Assembly (NCBI GenBank): GCA_046726415.1
Contig: JBKPAK010000084.1
Location: 1 to 29,277, forward strand
DNA: 29,277 nucleotides
Reading direction: 5' to 3'
Origin: Candidatus Methylomirabilota bacterium
GTDB taxonomy: Bacteria > Methylomirabilota > Methylomirabilia > Rokubacteriales > CSP1-6
The translations under genes and the position numbers were made by a program. Shown here piece after piece: positions 28,825 to 29,277 of the stretch (position 1 is the first letter of the stretch; the number at the start of each line of letters is the position of its first letter). The notes below the pieces were generated by a model. It was not told the origin of the DNA, ran no database searches, and saw only the letters and a list, made by a program, of their open reading frames with translations.

Positions 28825-28879
28825 CGGGGGTCGAGGAGCGCTGACCGCGCCCAAACACGGCGGCCGAGACCGGGTCGGC

Positions 28880-29128
28880 TCAGCGCATCTTCAATGAGGG
28901 CCTCGGTGCGCCCGACGTACTCGGCGTAAATGGGCACCGTCTTCTGGAGCACGTCCGCCACGACGACGGTGGGCGGAGGCGGGTCTCGCTCTTCGGGGCA
29001 CTCTTGGCACGCTCGCAGGCGGAGAGAAGGACGAGGCCAAGGCACGCCGCAAGAGGAAACGCGCCAGCGGCAAGGAGAGGCGACTTCGAACGGCGGCGCG
29101 GCCACACAACTAAAGCCATGCCGAACAC
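28880..29128 (-). pseudogene. RND efflux periplasmic adaptor N-terminal remnant
   Basis: Lipoprotein signal LVLLSAC, frameshift, then PPPPTVVVADVLQKTVPIYAEYVGRTEA and abrupt end of similarity. Confidence 0.7.
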
Positions 29129-29277
29129 GGCGCCAGCCTAGCCCGCATTATGCGTGAAGACACAGACATGACCCCGACAGGGGCCGCATTGGCGCGCAGG
29201 GCCAACTTTGCGGGGTCGGAACATCGCGATGCATTGCCAATCGAAGGAACGAACCGTGGACACGCTCGGTGGAGGGC

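Overview
GC-rich bacterial window; gene style suggests Ca. Rokubacteria/Methylomirabilota (inference only). In order: a minus-strand DUF4331 - TPR - His-rich Ni/Co transporter (RcnA/HoxN-like) operon running off the left edge; a small lipoprotein; an unannotated UGA-readthrough ArsC/Spx-like selenoprotein (UPSC); tenA; and a ~9 kb deletion-scarred accessory island (5.76-15.0 kb). The island holds a sigma-54 activator, ABM protein, mlaE/mlaF-remnant/mlaD, divergent sigma-54 promoters, FadL and YSC84-like remnants, an FGE-sulfatase-fold protein, DUF4239 and a HepT remnant. Next come a second unannotated selenoprotein (NrdH/glutaredoxin-like, UGPC) directly upstream of a ferredoxin:thioredoxin reductase catalytic subunit, RidA, enoyl-CoA hydratase, long Lhr helicase, a PhoU-like protein, an Rv2578c-type radical SAM protein, an orphan MreB, a cNMP-binding protein with MscS, a PrpE-like acyl-CoA synthetase, an EF-hand protein and an RND adaptor remnant. 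Highlight: two hidden UxxC selenoprotein genes missed by the ORF track. They share a covarying SECIS-like hairpin 15 nt after UGA, and one forms a putative Sec-glutaredoxin/FTR redox module.
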